Below, in pieces: positions 11,707 to 22,760 of a DNA stretch of 64,000 bases. The position numbers and the translations under genes are program-made. Origin of the DNA: Obrimoposthia wandeli (taxonomy: Eukaryota); NCBI GenBank assembly GCA_977020255.1, contig CDROCS010000294.1, positions 1 through 64,000 of the forward strand, given 5' to 3'. Within the stretch, counting starts at the first letter, position 1, and every line of letters starts with the position of its first letter. The notes below the pieces were generated by a model. It ran no database searches. It worked only from the letters and a program-made list of their open reading frames with translations, and was not told where the DNA came from.

Positions 11707-12006
11707 ATGGCCGAAGAATGCCCAATATGTTTAGAAGATCTAACCGAACGAAGAACAAGACCCGAAACCTGCAACCATTTACACCACGAGGAATGTTTAT
11801 CGACATGGATCAGAACTTATGGACAGTTCGGACACCCAACATACCCTCGTTGCCCTATATGCAGAAGACAATTCGCAAGATTCGTCATGTTAGAACCCAA
11901 CCAAAGGGATGTATATGTACAGGTGGTATTCTGCTGGAAGAATTTCGGAGAGTGTTGGTGTTATTACTGTTTGTCAGATCGACAAAATCAGACCACTTTT
12001 GTGTAA
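11707..12006 (+). CDS. RING-H2 protein 1 (99 aa) with C-terminal Cys cluster
   Basis: CPIC-x13-CNHLHHEEC-x3-W...CPICR, then CWKNFGECWCYYC. Confidence 0.88.
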   Translation: MAEECPICLEDLTERRTRPETCNHLHHEECLSTWIRTYGQFGHPTYPRCPICRRQFARFVMLEPNQRDVYVQVVFCWKNFGECWCYYCLSDRQNQTTFV

Positions 12007-12066
12007 AGATCACACAAACACCAGTCCTCAATCGAGCCCAAATTCAACATCAACCCTCCCACAGTA

Positions 12067-12369
12067 ATGTCTGGAGAATGTTCCATCTGCTACGAGAGCA
12101 TCGTGGACTTCTACACCAAGCCCAACAACTGCGACCACCTTTTCCACGTCGAATGCCTCGAGACGTGGATCCCCATCAAACAGCAACAACCCCTCGACTT
12201 TCCAACCTGCCCGATGTGCAGAGCGACCTTCTCAGTACACTACGTGTACAACCAAGACAGCCTCCAAGCAGTGGTACCCATCGTACACTGCTGGAAAACC
12301 ATCTGCGATTGCTGGTGCTCGTTCTGCGTGGAGGAGCGAAGCACAGGCCAGCCCAATCCCCAGCAATAA
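12067..12369 (+). CDS. RING-H2 protein 2 (100 aa) with C-terminal Cys cluster
   Basis: CSIC-x13-CDHLFHVEC-x3-W...CPMCR, then CWKTICDCWCSFC. Confidence 0.9.
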   Translation: MSGECSICYESIVDFYTKPNNCDHLFHVECLETWIPIKQQQPLDFPTCPMCRATFSVHYVYNQDSLQAVVPIVHCWKTICDCWCSFCVEERSTGQPNPQQ

Positions 12370-12703
12370 TCGAAGGTAACTTTCTGACTTGAACGTGACA
12401 TCATGAACTACCCTGTGTATCGCATACCGCGATAAATTAGCTACCATAATTGTAATCATAATTATATAATCTTGTGAACTGTAAATTGACCATTACCATT
12501 TTTATGTATGATGTTTAACTGAAATTGTAATTATTATACTGAATTTCTAAAAAATACAATTTTTATGCTTAGTGTGAATGCGTAAACATGCCTAAAATCG
12601 AAACAAAACTCGGTAGGATTAGATAACTAAGAATTCATTTTGAAATAAAATTTAAATTAACGATGAGAACGGTGAACCCCAAATTAAAAGGAGTCATTTT
12701 CTC

Positions 12704-13240
12704 ATGCAGATGTTGTGCTCCGTATGCATGGAGAAGATTTGGGCGGTATCAGCATCCCCTGTCGGCTGCCGTCACAAATTTCACGAGGAGTGCCTCTATT
12801 TGTGGACCAAGGTTCGAACCTCCGGACAAATCACCTGTCCACTGTGCCGGACACCCTTCGCCAAATGGACACTCCAGAGCCGGGGAAGACACAAAGGCAC
12901 CCGATCGCCTGCCAGCTGCATTGGTGGCATCCATTGCCGATGCTACGTGTGTCTCGCACGCCGGCGCGACACACAACTGGGCGTCCGCGAGAGATGGCGG
13001 TCTAGTCGAGACTGCCACTCGTGGTTCCAGGCCAGACGGCACTGGATTGAAAGCCATAACATGAACAGGCAGCACTTCGACCTGTTCATCGACAGCCCGC
13101 ATTTGACCCGGAGCCAGCAACTCCATTTGTACAACGGGGACAGTCCGTCCTTTCCCGACCTTCCCCTGGAACAGGTTCTACGCTACCTGGCCAGTCGGAA
13201 CCAGCCAACAATTACAATTGATTTGACATACGACAATTAA
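12704..13240 (+). CDS. RING-H2 protein 3 (178 aa) with Cys cluster and C-terminal SIM-like motif
   Basis: CSVC-x13-CRHKFHEEC-x3-W...CPLCR, CIGGIHCRCYVC, ends TITIDLTYDN. Confidence 0.88.
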   Translation: MQMLCSVCMEKIWAVSASPVGCRHKFHEECLYLWTKVRTSGQITCPLCRTPFAKWTLQSRGRHKGTRSPASCIGGIHCRCYVCLARRRDTQLGVRERWRSSRDCHSWFQARRHWIESHNMNRQHFDLFIDSPHLTRSQQLHLYNGDSPSFPDLPLEQVLRYLASRNQPTITIDLTYDN

Positions 13241-14011
13241 TCCTTTCCTCCCTTCTTTCCTTCCTGACCTTGGTTATCGTGTAATTTTGTGTGTAAATTT
13301 TTAGTTGTGCATGGTTAATAGTGTATACTTTGAGACTTGCTCCAAATTATATATTATGTTTCCCACTGGAAAACCGAGATTTTGAAAAAATTGTTTTTGG
13401 GCATGTTTGTTGAGGTTGAATGATTGATTTTGTAGGGATGAACCTAAAATCAACAGCCAAAGGCTTATTAAGTAAAATCGATACGTTCCGGGGACGTAAC
13501 TTTTTTGGAACCCCCGAGGTATGTTAAGGTTGAGAATTAAGAAAATTAAATATTTTAGTTGATTAAATACTAAAATAAAAAATCCTTGAAAGCAAGGTCG
13601 AAAATTGAATTAAAATATTAATTTAAGTTTTAGAAGTAAAATTAGTGAAATTTAGGGTAAATTAGGAGGACCACGAAGGTCGTGTATTATGCGAAAATGT
13701 ATAAAAGTTTAAAGTTAATTAACCAAAAGGAACAAAATAAGAATTAATTAGAAGAAAAACGGTTAATTACAACCGTCGCTCAAGGATCCCCAAGGTAAGC
13801 ACATTTTCGTGCAATAAACTAAATTTTGTTTGCAGCTGTCAATTGATTGACATTGCAATATTCTCTCCGGGTTCGCTGAAGAAAGACTCAACGCAGCCGT
13901 CAACTGATTGACGTCCAGTGCCAATATATAAAGGCAGGTTTTCCAGCTAGAATCACAAATACGGAATCGCCAGAAGAAACAAAGACAGGAAGCAACAATC
14001 CCCTCGTCAGA

Positions 14012-14591
14012 CGAACCGTTGATTGAAGAGTCGAACCGTTGATTGAAGAGTCGAACCGTTGATTGAAGAGTCGAACCGTTGATTGAAGAGTCGAACCGTT
14101 GATTGAAGAGTCGAACCGTTGATTTAAGAGTCGAACCGTTGATTGAAGAGTCGAACCGTTGATTTAAGAGTCGAACCGTTGATTGAAGAGTCGAACCGTT
14201 GATTGAAGAGTCGAACCGTTGATTTAAGAGTCGAACCGTTGATTGAAGAGTCGAACCGTTGATTGAAGAGTCGAACCGTTGATTGAAGAGTCGAACCGTT
14301 GATTGAAGAGTCGAACCGTTGATTGAAGAGTCGAACCGTTGATTGAAGAGTCGAACCGTTGATTGAAGAGTCGAACCGTTGATTGAAGAGTCGAACCGTT
14401 GATTGAAGAGTCGAACCGTTGATTGAAGAGTCGAACCGTTGATTGAAGAGTCGAACCGTTGATTGAAGAGTCGAACCGTTGATTGAAGAGTCGAACCGTT
14501 GATTGAAGAGTCGAACCGTTGATTGAAGAGTCGAACCGTTGATTGAAGAGTCGAACCGTTGATTGAAGAGTCGAACCGTTGATTGAAGAGA
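14012..14591. repeat. 20-bp minisatellite (CGAACCGTTGATTGAAGAGT) x29 inside LTR A
   Basis: Exact 20-bp period. Three units carry a G>T change (at 14121, 14161, 14221). Confidence 0.97.
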
Positions 14592-14702
14592 CGAACAGTC
14601 GATTTCGAAGACGATTCCGCCAGGCTCGCAAACACCACATACGGACCCTACACCGGACGTCCCACGAGTTGCTGTAACTGGTAAGAACACAGACTAGGTT
14701 CA

Positions 14703-15140
14703 TTCATTGCCCCTAGTAGGCAATTAGGATATATTCATTACCCCTAGTTGGTAATTCTATATTTTCTTAATCATACACAAATTCATTGCCCCTAGCTGGT
14801 AATTAGGATCACTGTCTCTTTACCACAATCATTGCCCCTAGTTGGTAATTAGGATCGGACCTTTATTCATTGTCCCCAGCGACAATTAGGAAACCTACCA
14901 GACGTTTTTTCCCGTAAGATTCATTGTCCCTAGCTGACAATTAGGTTCATTCATTGCCCCTAGTTGGTAATTCGGATAAATATTCATTGTCCCTAGTAGA
15001 CAATTCGGTAAGACTCATTGTCCACTAGCTGACAATTCGGTTCGTTCATTGTCCGTAGTTGACAATTAGGAGTAAGTTTTTATTGTCATCTTGACAATTA
15101 GGTTTTTAGGAGATCCCTTGTCTACAGTAGACAATTTGGG
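14703..15140 (+). repeat. Array of 12 short inverted-repeat (hairpin) units with variable linkers inside LTR A
   Basis: Consensus TTCATTGYCCCTAGYWGRYAATTMGG. 6-bp stems with 5-8 nt loops; linkers about 4-29 nt. Confidence 0.9.
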
Positions 15141-18100
15141 TCAAACATACACAGAGAGAGTAAGGAACAAAGAAACATTTAGCTAGAGATAAGAAGTAGG
15201 AGCGAAGAAAATTAAGAGAGTTGCGTTATAGATTAACCAACCTGAGTAAGAAGACTAAACCTAAGAAACTTAATCACCTGAACGTAAAATCGATACGTGG
15301 TTCATCCCCACTTCTTGTAGAGACTCACGGAAGTCCTTTAGGAATTTTATCATACTTTTTAGAAATACGTACATAAACGTATTGTGGTATTAGTTACGTG
15401 AATTTTGAATAAACAATTTCCTACATTAGAACAAGTTGTTTTTACACCCTTCAGACTAAGAGACATCAAATCAAACACCTTCAGATAGTACAAGAGATTA
15501 GGCAACCATAACACTAAGTAGGCCACGACCAACTTTAAGACCTGCTTCTAATCGAACTCACGTTGGGGCCCTCCGCACACTAAGAGGCTCTATACCAAGT
15601 TTCGTATAGAAACCCCAACAATTTCGCTATAAATAGTACGAGGATTTTCTCGACATTTAAATATTTTATTAAGAATTTAAATATAAAGAATAAATTAGGT
15701 TTCATCGATTCCTTCCGAAAAAAACACCACTTTTTGTTAACAAGTGTAATAGGCAAAAATCTAAAATAAAATTTATAGATATTTTTAAAATTAACTAACC
15801 TTTTTTTTAATAAGATCTTTATTGTTCTTTTTCAAAAATATATTTTGTCAAGAGCTAAATATAAGTACTATAAATAGCTATATTTTAAAGAATGCAAATA
15901 TAAGCAGAAATATACATAATATGTATAATATAGATACAAAAATTATTTAATTTTTACAACCAAATAATTTATTTAAATAACGTAAATACCATTTAAAAAA
16001 TCTCTGTACAAAAATGAATCTAGAAAAGTTCCCTTGTCTACTGTAGTCGACTAAACTCATTTGATTTGTTTAGATTTATCACCAACCAGGTATTCATTAT
16101 GAGCCAAATTAAAGTTTACAATATCGTCGTAATTTGATTGGCTAATAGTTATTTTAAAAAATCTGGGTTTCTCTTCCCTAATGCATGACGTCATGCAATC
16201 AAGAGGCAACCTGTGAGTGTGTGTAGTAATAATCAATAATAAAGAATGCTGCCGAATCAAGTGTAGCAGACAGTGAATTTTTTTAGTCTTCTGGTGCCTG
16301 AAGGGACTCATTTGAACAAGCTCTAGCATCTTTTAAAACAAGCTAAATATTTGAAGATCTGTTGACTGCATGGGAATATAACATAGTGCAATGGACTACT
16401 CGTGTGGTTTCGCGCCTGGGTTTGGTGGTTCTTTGAGAAGGGGTGGTAATATTCGAAAATCGTTATCAGTTTCTTCAAAATACATTGGAGGAGCAGATTA
16501 TGGTAAGAATTTATTTGGGTGTTTTGAGGAAAATATTTAACTTTAAAACTATTTTGTAATTAAAAGTTTATTATAATCCCATTTTGAATCTTTGGATTTT
16601 ATGTCTCGTACATCTCGTACATCGCTACATAACATAAAAGTAGCTGGGTGTTTAATTGTTTAAAATATTTACTATTTTATTTACTTATCTATCTGTGATT
16701 CGTAAATTTTGGCAGAGCTCTTATTTCTCCATAGAAATCAATTTTCGGCTTCGAATTTTAAGTTTTATTGTTTTCAGCTTATTTGCTCTGCATCAAAACT
16801 TTAAATAAACTATTTTTATAACTTTAAATTTAGGGATTAAGTGAGAGAATGTCAACCAGAAATTCGAATACTAAAACTATGAACCATATATACATCTAAC
16901 ATTTATCATTTCAGTAATTGTCGTAATTCTGTGTAGAGCAGCCGTAGACATTATCAAATTTTTACGTTTAAATTAAATTTATTCTCATTGTGGATTTATA
17001 ACAGTATCCATCTATAACTTTTGAGCTGCGTAAAATTCCATTGCGTGTCACCAGTTTGAGACAAATTTTTTTTCTTCTGCATCATACATTTTATAGTTTT
17101 TGTGCAAAATTACTGTAATTTTCTTCTATGTGATGTTCAATTTATCAATATATTTTATTTTCTCATCGGATTTATCAACTACAGAATGTTAACCAACTAG
17201 ATACAACAGAAGTTATCAGAGTGGAAATCGCAAATCTTCTTGATAATTACCAAATATTCTCAAAGTTAATTGTCAGCACCAATGTTAAAATATTAGTGCC
17301 CTAAAACGTTTTTATTGTAAATAAGTAATTTTGAAAATTTTAAAATATCCCTTAAAATATTTTTTGGGAAACAGGAAATTTTACGTTATATTTGCCTTGG
17401 TAAAGCTTAGTAAAATTTTCAAGTAGAAAATTGTTATGAGATCAAAAACAATCATTTCAGTAAACTATAATCTGTATTTTTATTTAATAAATTACAAAAT
17501 AAGTGCTGTTGAAAATCAATATTGCATATTCTGATTTGTAGACAAGCTCCAGCACAAATTTTGCTACTTTAAAAGCGCAATAAGGAAATTTTCCATTCTT
17601 CCGCCTATTGCATCCCTCACTTTCATTGTTAAAATATGAATTGTGTGTGTGGTAACTACGGGGGATGGTGTTAGACTTCCAAACAGGTTAATGGGATCCG
17701 AGAGAGTGGGATATTTTTAATGCAATATCCTTTTATAATGTTATTTTATGGAAATGAATAGTCTATAAACAAAAAAACAGGAAATCTATTTTATATCCTC
17801 TATATCTTGACATCACAAAACTCCACTTTGATATGAAAGCTAAACTTAGAGCACCACTGAAGATCAAATCACTAAAATATATTAATAGCAATTTTTTTCA
17901 TTGTGACCCATGTGGTTGATGATTACTAGTTAAAGCTTGAATATTTGGTTGTATTGAGATTAGTAATTTGAGCGTAATTATTACGTTTATTGATTGGAAA
18001 TAAATTATATTCTTTGCTTGAATATAAATTATATACAAATATCCAGCTTCAACCAAATAATAACTGAAAAATACTCAAAGCTGGAGATAAATGTTCTTTT

Positions 18101-20661
18101 CCCAAATTTTGTTCTAACCAGATATTTTTTCTATGATCTATGTATTTTTAATTTTTTATGATAAATATGTATTGCATTTATTTAAGAGAAAAAACATCTA
18201 CAGACCCAAAAAGAGGGCGTTTAAATATACACACCTATTTTCCCCATAAATTTGCAACTATTTCATCTATATACCTTTTTTAATTAATTATAATATTATA
18301 AAATGCAATGAATTACAACAAAATATAACTTGACTATATTCTATATATGGGAAAATTTCTAACTATTCAATAAATCAATAATTTCATGAACCCCTTAAAG
18401 TTATGCTGAAAGGCTAATTACAATTACATATTGGATACTATTTCCTTTTTCATTTTCGCTTTTATGCGTGACATAGAGGTCATCTTAATGTATCTTTAAT
18501 TTCAAAATTTGTTTTATAAAATTATCAAAAGCGATTAGCAGGAATACGCTACATAAATAAGATACTAATATATTAAAATTTTAACTTCTCTAAGTATGCA
18601 ATGTTTCCTCTTAATTGAAAATATTATTTCAAAGAGTTAACTTTGTCATCCACCAGTATTTTGAGAACTTTACTTTTGAAAGGCCAACGTTCTCGAAAAG
18701 AGGAAATGTGCTTTAAGAATCTTTTATGTATTTAAAAATTGGAATAATTATTATTTTAGTGGAGTGTATTAAGAATAGGCCAAGGATCAAAGTGAAGAAG
18801 AACCGCAAAGAACATAAACTGATTGAGTTGCTCATAAAAAACTACTTAAATGTTAAGCATTAAGTAGTTCATTTATCAAATAATTTGGTTTTCACAACTC
18901 TAATAAGGATATATTAGAAATAAACAGCCTCAAAGGTATTAGAAATAAGCATAACTTTGTTTTGTAGGAATTAATGAGATCAAACAATTGAATTCTCATA
19001 GGTAATTAAGATGCTATCATAATTAATTTTGAAATGTTTGAAATTATAATTTTTTTTACAGGACAGTTTGTTTAACATGTAAAGGCTGTTTTATGTCGTG
19101 TTATTACAACCATTTTATATAGCATACTTCCTGGAAAGTTTATTAAATATTTATTGACTGCATAATCTAGTGGTGTGAAGAAAACATATAAATTTAATAA
19201 AGATAGTATTAGGATCACAATGAAATAAGCATAGTTGAATTTGAGTTCAAATATTAGTGGAGTTTACACAAGATACTGGGAAATTAAAAAAATAAGTATT
19301 TTGCTTCATTAACCGTTTCCTATCAAATGCAAATTACAATTAATATCTTTCTTTCATGCACACAACGAATATATTTGATGATCCCCATTAGTGGGAATAC
19401 ATAGTGAACCCAGTTTCGAGTTTCCAAAATTTTAAATTAATATCTATTTCTTTAATGTTTGATGCAAATTGAGTTTATAGGGTTTGTGAAAACAGGGATC
19501 CCATATAATCATAGAGTTATCATCTTCATATGCAAGGTATTTTTTGCATTAATTGGGCTGCATTTTCCTCATTCTATATTTTTCGATAACCTTACTTACG
19601 TTTTCGTTTATTCAATTTTAAACACTTGAAAAATATTTTTCTGTAATGATTTTTGCAGATAGTTGTATTTAGAATACGTATGTCAGTTTCTGAAATTTTG
19701 TCAAACGAGTCCGTATGTAATATTTTGTACATCATATGAATAAGCTTACTGGAAATTATAAATTAAAATTTTCAGAGTGTTATTTACTATTCAAAGGCGT
19801 GCTTCCCAAAGAGAGAGCTTCAGTCTCCGGTTTCTGGGACAAAATTCATATTTGACATGTTCAAAGTTTTATCGACTTACAAGATATTGATTATCAATTA
19901 TTAAGAGCAGAGTGCATGGATTCTAATTCTAATCAACAAAAATATTTTAAAAACTCAAATGTTTCCTTCTAAATAATGCGACCTTTGTCACCCGTGTAAA
20001 ATATTCAAATCTCAATTTAGTAGTGTAGATTCTGTATTTACAACTACTGGAATAAAGAATTGGAAAATACAACTGAAAACGTTTCAAAACATCAAATAAG
20101 TTCATGTCACAAGATTTCTGCTAAAAATGGAGCTTAGGCGAATTAATTAAATTTTATATATTTTTCATTTTAAGATTATTTATATTTTAAATAACTATCC
20201 ATAGAATATTACTAAATCTAAATACTTTAAAATATAATATTGATTTAATGTCTCAATACAAACCAATTTGAATGTGAAAATTTATAAAATAATGAAGGTC
20301 AAATCTATTTTGATTATAAAATTATTCATATGACATTTTAATAATGATATTTGATAATTACATTATATTATTATAAAATAATTATTTTAAAAGTTTCGAT
20401 GTCTGATTTAAATCTTTCATTTTCAAAATTTGTAGTGTTTTTTTTCTCGCCCGTGTAACATTTTTGGTTGATATTGAAATATTCATCAAAAACGATAATA
20501 TTTGATTTTGTATAAATTCACATTCAAATAATTTAAAAAATAAACTGAAATTGAAAGGAACTTTTATTACTGAAAGAACATGTATATGTATAAAAAACTT
20601 TAATTTCAAATTTAGCATACAGTTCAAAAATTGTTGACATCTCTGTCAAATATCGTATAGT

Positions 20662-21095
20662 CCAGAGGTGACCAACCGGAATTGGGTGGCGAACAACTCC
20701 AAACGACTGAAACAAGTAGCAATCGACCATCTAAAAAACGAATAACTTCTATATATTATTTAATAAAAGTTACTTGAGTTTCCGTTCCTCGCACCATATT
20801 TCATAGTCTGGCGTATAAAGTATGACAAAGTGGTGACTACTTTTGATTTTTACTAAACCTTTAACAGTTGACCTTGTTGTTTCGACAATTGTGGCTTAAG
20901 TTCATTAACTGTTGTCTTTGTGACAACACTCCCAGAAGGAAAATCTTTATTATTGTTGATGTAGAGTCAATAAATGCCTTTCCAAATTACCTTTCCGCCA
21001 TTGCAACAACATAATTGTAAACGAGGTACCAACATTTCTCTTTTACCATTGTGAAAAATATCAGCTCCTGTTCTTCATTGAAATGATACTTTTTC
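20662..21095 (-). mobile_element. hAT (Buster/SPIN-type) transposon remnant
   Basis: KKYHFNEEQELIFFTMVKEKC resembles the N-terminus of SPIN/GTF2IRD2-type transposases. CCAGAGGTGACCAACC at about 20662 resembles a hAT TIR. Confidence 0.5.
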
Positions 21096-22199
21096 GAGTT
21101 CTTTAGAGCTACAAAAGGGCTACAAATATTTATGCTAAACAGTTAAAGTAAATTAAATTAAATACTTTCTAATGTTAAATAGCTCAAAATTAAAAAAAAA
21201 TTAAATTATAAAATTTATTTATATATTTTAAAAATGCTATTTTCTAAAGTTAGATTAAACTAATTAAAACAATAAAAAATAACTAATTCGTACGTATAAT
21301 ATTTAAATTTTCGAGAAAAAGGATTAATTTTCTCTTGGGAACGTGATCGACTGATTGACATCAGACAGGTCGCCTGAAAAAGGTTTAGTCGTGTTTCTGG
21401 GATTAGTTTCTCATCAATTTCCTGTTTTAATTTTATTTTATTATCTGTAGCAGAGTACTTTATATAAAAGTCCTTATAAATAGCTTAAATAAATTCCACA
21501 AGACAGATATAAAATTGTATTTAAGAGATAAAATCAATGAAATAATATGAAATTAAATATAGACCAACCTTTATTACCTCTCAAAAACGTTTTTCTCAAA
21601 AATAGCGCTATTTTTTTGCCCCAGACTGTATTTATATTTTAAGGGTTTTTTCATTCACACAAAGATTCAAGAAAATTAATGTTTTGATACAATTTTTGGC
21701 AAGGCTTCGTAATGCCAAAATTTGTAATAATGTACAGCTTAGTTGTAACAAATCTTTGGTTTGTATAAAGAAAGTGCATATATTAGCGTTTAAACAAACA
21801 AAAATAGCCAAGTTAAACATTGAACTAAAATAGTAATAATACTGTGTAGCGATCATACTATTCGACACAGGTGGCTATCATGAAAACAATATATTTCAAT
21901 TGCCTCACCTTTCGAATCTACATGTGTCATACATTCTATCTCCCTCTGTGCTGTAATTAATAGAACATCATTCGAATGAATTCGAATCCAAAGATAGTTG
22001 TGAATCCGGATTTAATTAACGATTGCAATCAAACACGATCTAGCACATCAGCACAAACAAAAATGATTAATCATAGGGTGGAAAGGATGTTTACGGTCTG
22101 CACACCTTTTCATCTTGAAGTCAGGCCAAGTTTAACCAGTTTAGTGCGGAATCTGGAACTGTGAGTGGGCAATAATAAACTGGTTGTGCCAAAAATCAT

Positions 22200-22760
22200 C
22201 ATCATTGCAATATCCCTAATAAAGTTTAATTCTGTCTAGTATAAGGTCATTTTACATCTATAATTTACAAATAAATAATTTCGAGGAACATACAACTTTA
22301 CATAAAATATCCCTAATTTGTAATCAGTGTTGTTGGAAATTGAATTTACAGATACGCTGATTTAATTCCCTTGACTCTGTACCTGGATTCAAAGCCTTGT
22401 ATTGAAACTTACCTTGGGAAGATTTACGTGGAGTATCACTGTGAACGCCTATTTACATTTGACTCATAAAACATCCAGTTCAGTTATGATTTTACACTCA
22501 ATAATTTTCAATGATTTTGGGTTGATGTGGAATAATTATGATCAGAGAGTTTGTATTGTGTATGTGCGTCTTAGGAGCACCGATTATGACTGCAGAATGG
22601 TTAAGAAATTCTCAAATAACAAACAGAGTGATGGAATATTTGAAATCTACGCTCTGAATTTTTACAACAATCTACCGACGAATATGTTGGGACCAGAGTT
22701 GAAGTACTTCTTATGGAAGCATCTGGTTGGTATAAACGGCCTACCCGTTTAGTCTCAAAA
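22200..22760 (+). pseudogene. Possible LINE ORF2 C-terminal remnant
   Basis: Only FYNNLP...LKYFL, which resembles CR1/L2-type ORF2 ends. No RT core motif seen. Confidence 0.25.

Larger units (their letters stand above)
1..15620 (+). mobile_element. Element A: large Ty3/gypsy LTR retroelement (5' part outside window) with envelope remnant and multi-domain cargo; partly degenerate
   Basis: Ordered G-PR-RT-RH-INT fragments on + strand, cargo ORFs, then a TG...CA LTR (13522-15620) whose ends align with two TSD-flanked solo LTRs elsewhere in the window. Confidence 0.93.
13522..15620 (+). repeat. 3' LTR of element A (about 2.1 kb)
   Basis: TGTTAAGG...AAACCCCAACA. The first ~200 bp and last ~330 bp align with the solo LTRs at 32233-33865 and 50980-52333, whose TSDs fix the termini. 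Followed by ATTT, the predicted TSD. Confidence 0.85.

Noticed and set aside
11718-12392. 224-aa ORF overlapping RING ORFs 1 and 2, plus other alternative-frame ORFs at 12663-13134
   Set aside because: No recognisable motifs; explained by GC-rich shadow frames of the real RING genes.
13763-14703. Long minus-strand ORFs (291, 188, 159 aa)
   Set aside because: Artefacts of the stop-free reverse strand of the 20-bp minisatellite.
14703-15140. CRISPR-like appearance (palindromic repeats with unique spacers)
   Set aside because: Linkers are 4-29 nt and irregular, repeats are degenerate, there are no cas genes, and the context is a eukaryotic LTR. Kept as a hairpin array.
15621-15742. Alternative LTR A end at TTAACA (15742), including a TATA/MEF2-like site at about 15626
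   Set aside because: Both solo LTRs have TSDs immediately after the equivalent of 15620, so the LTR ends there.
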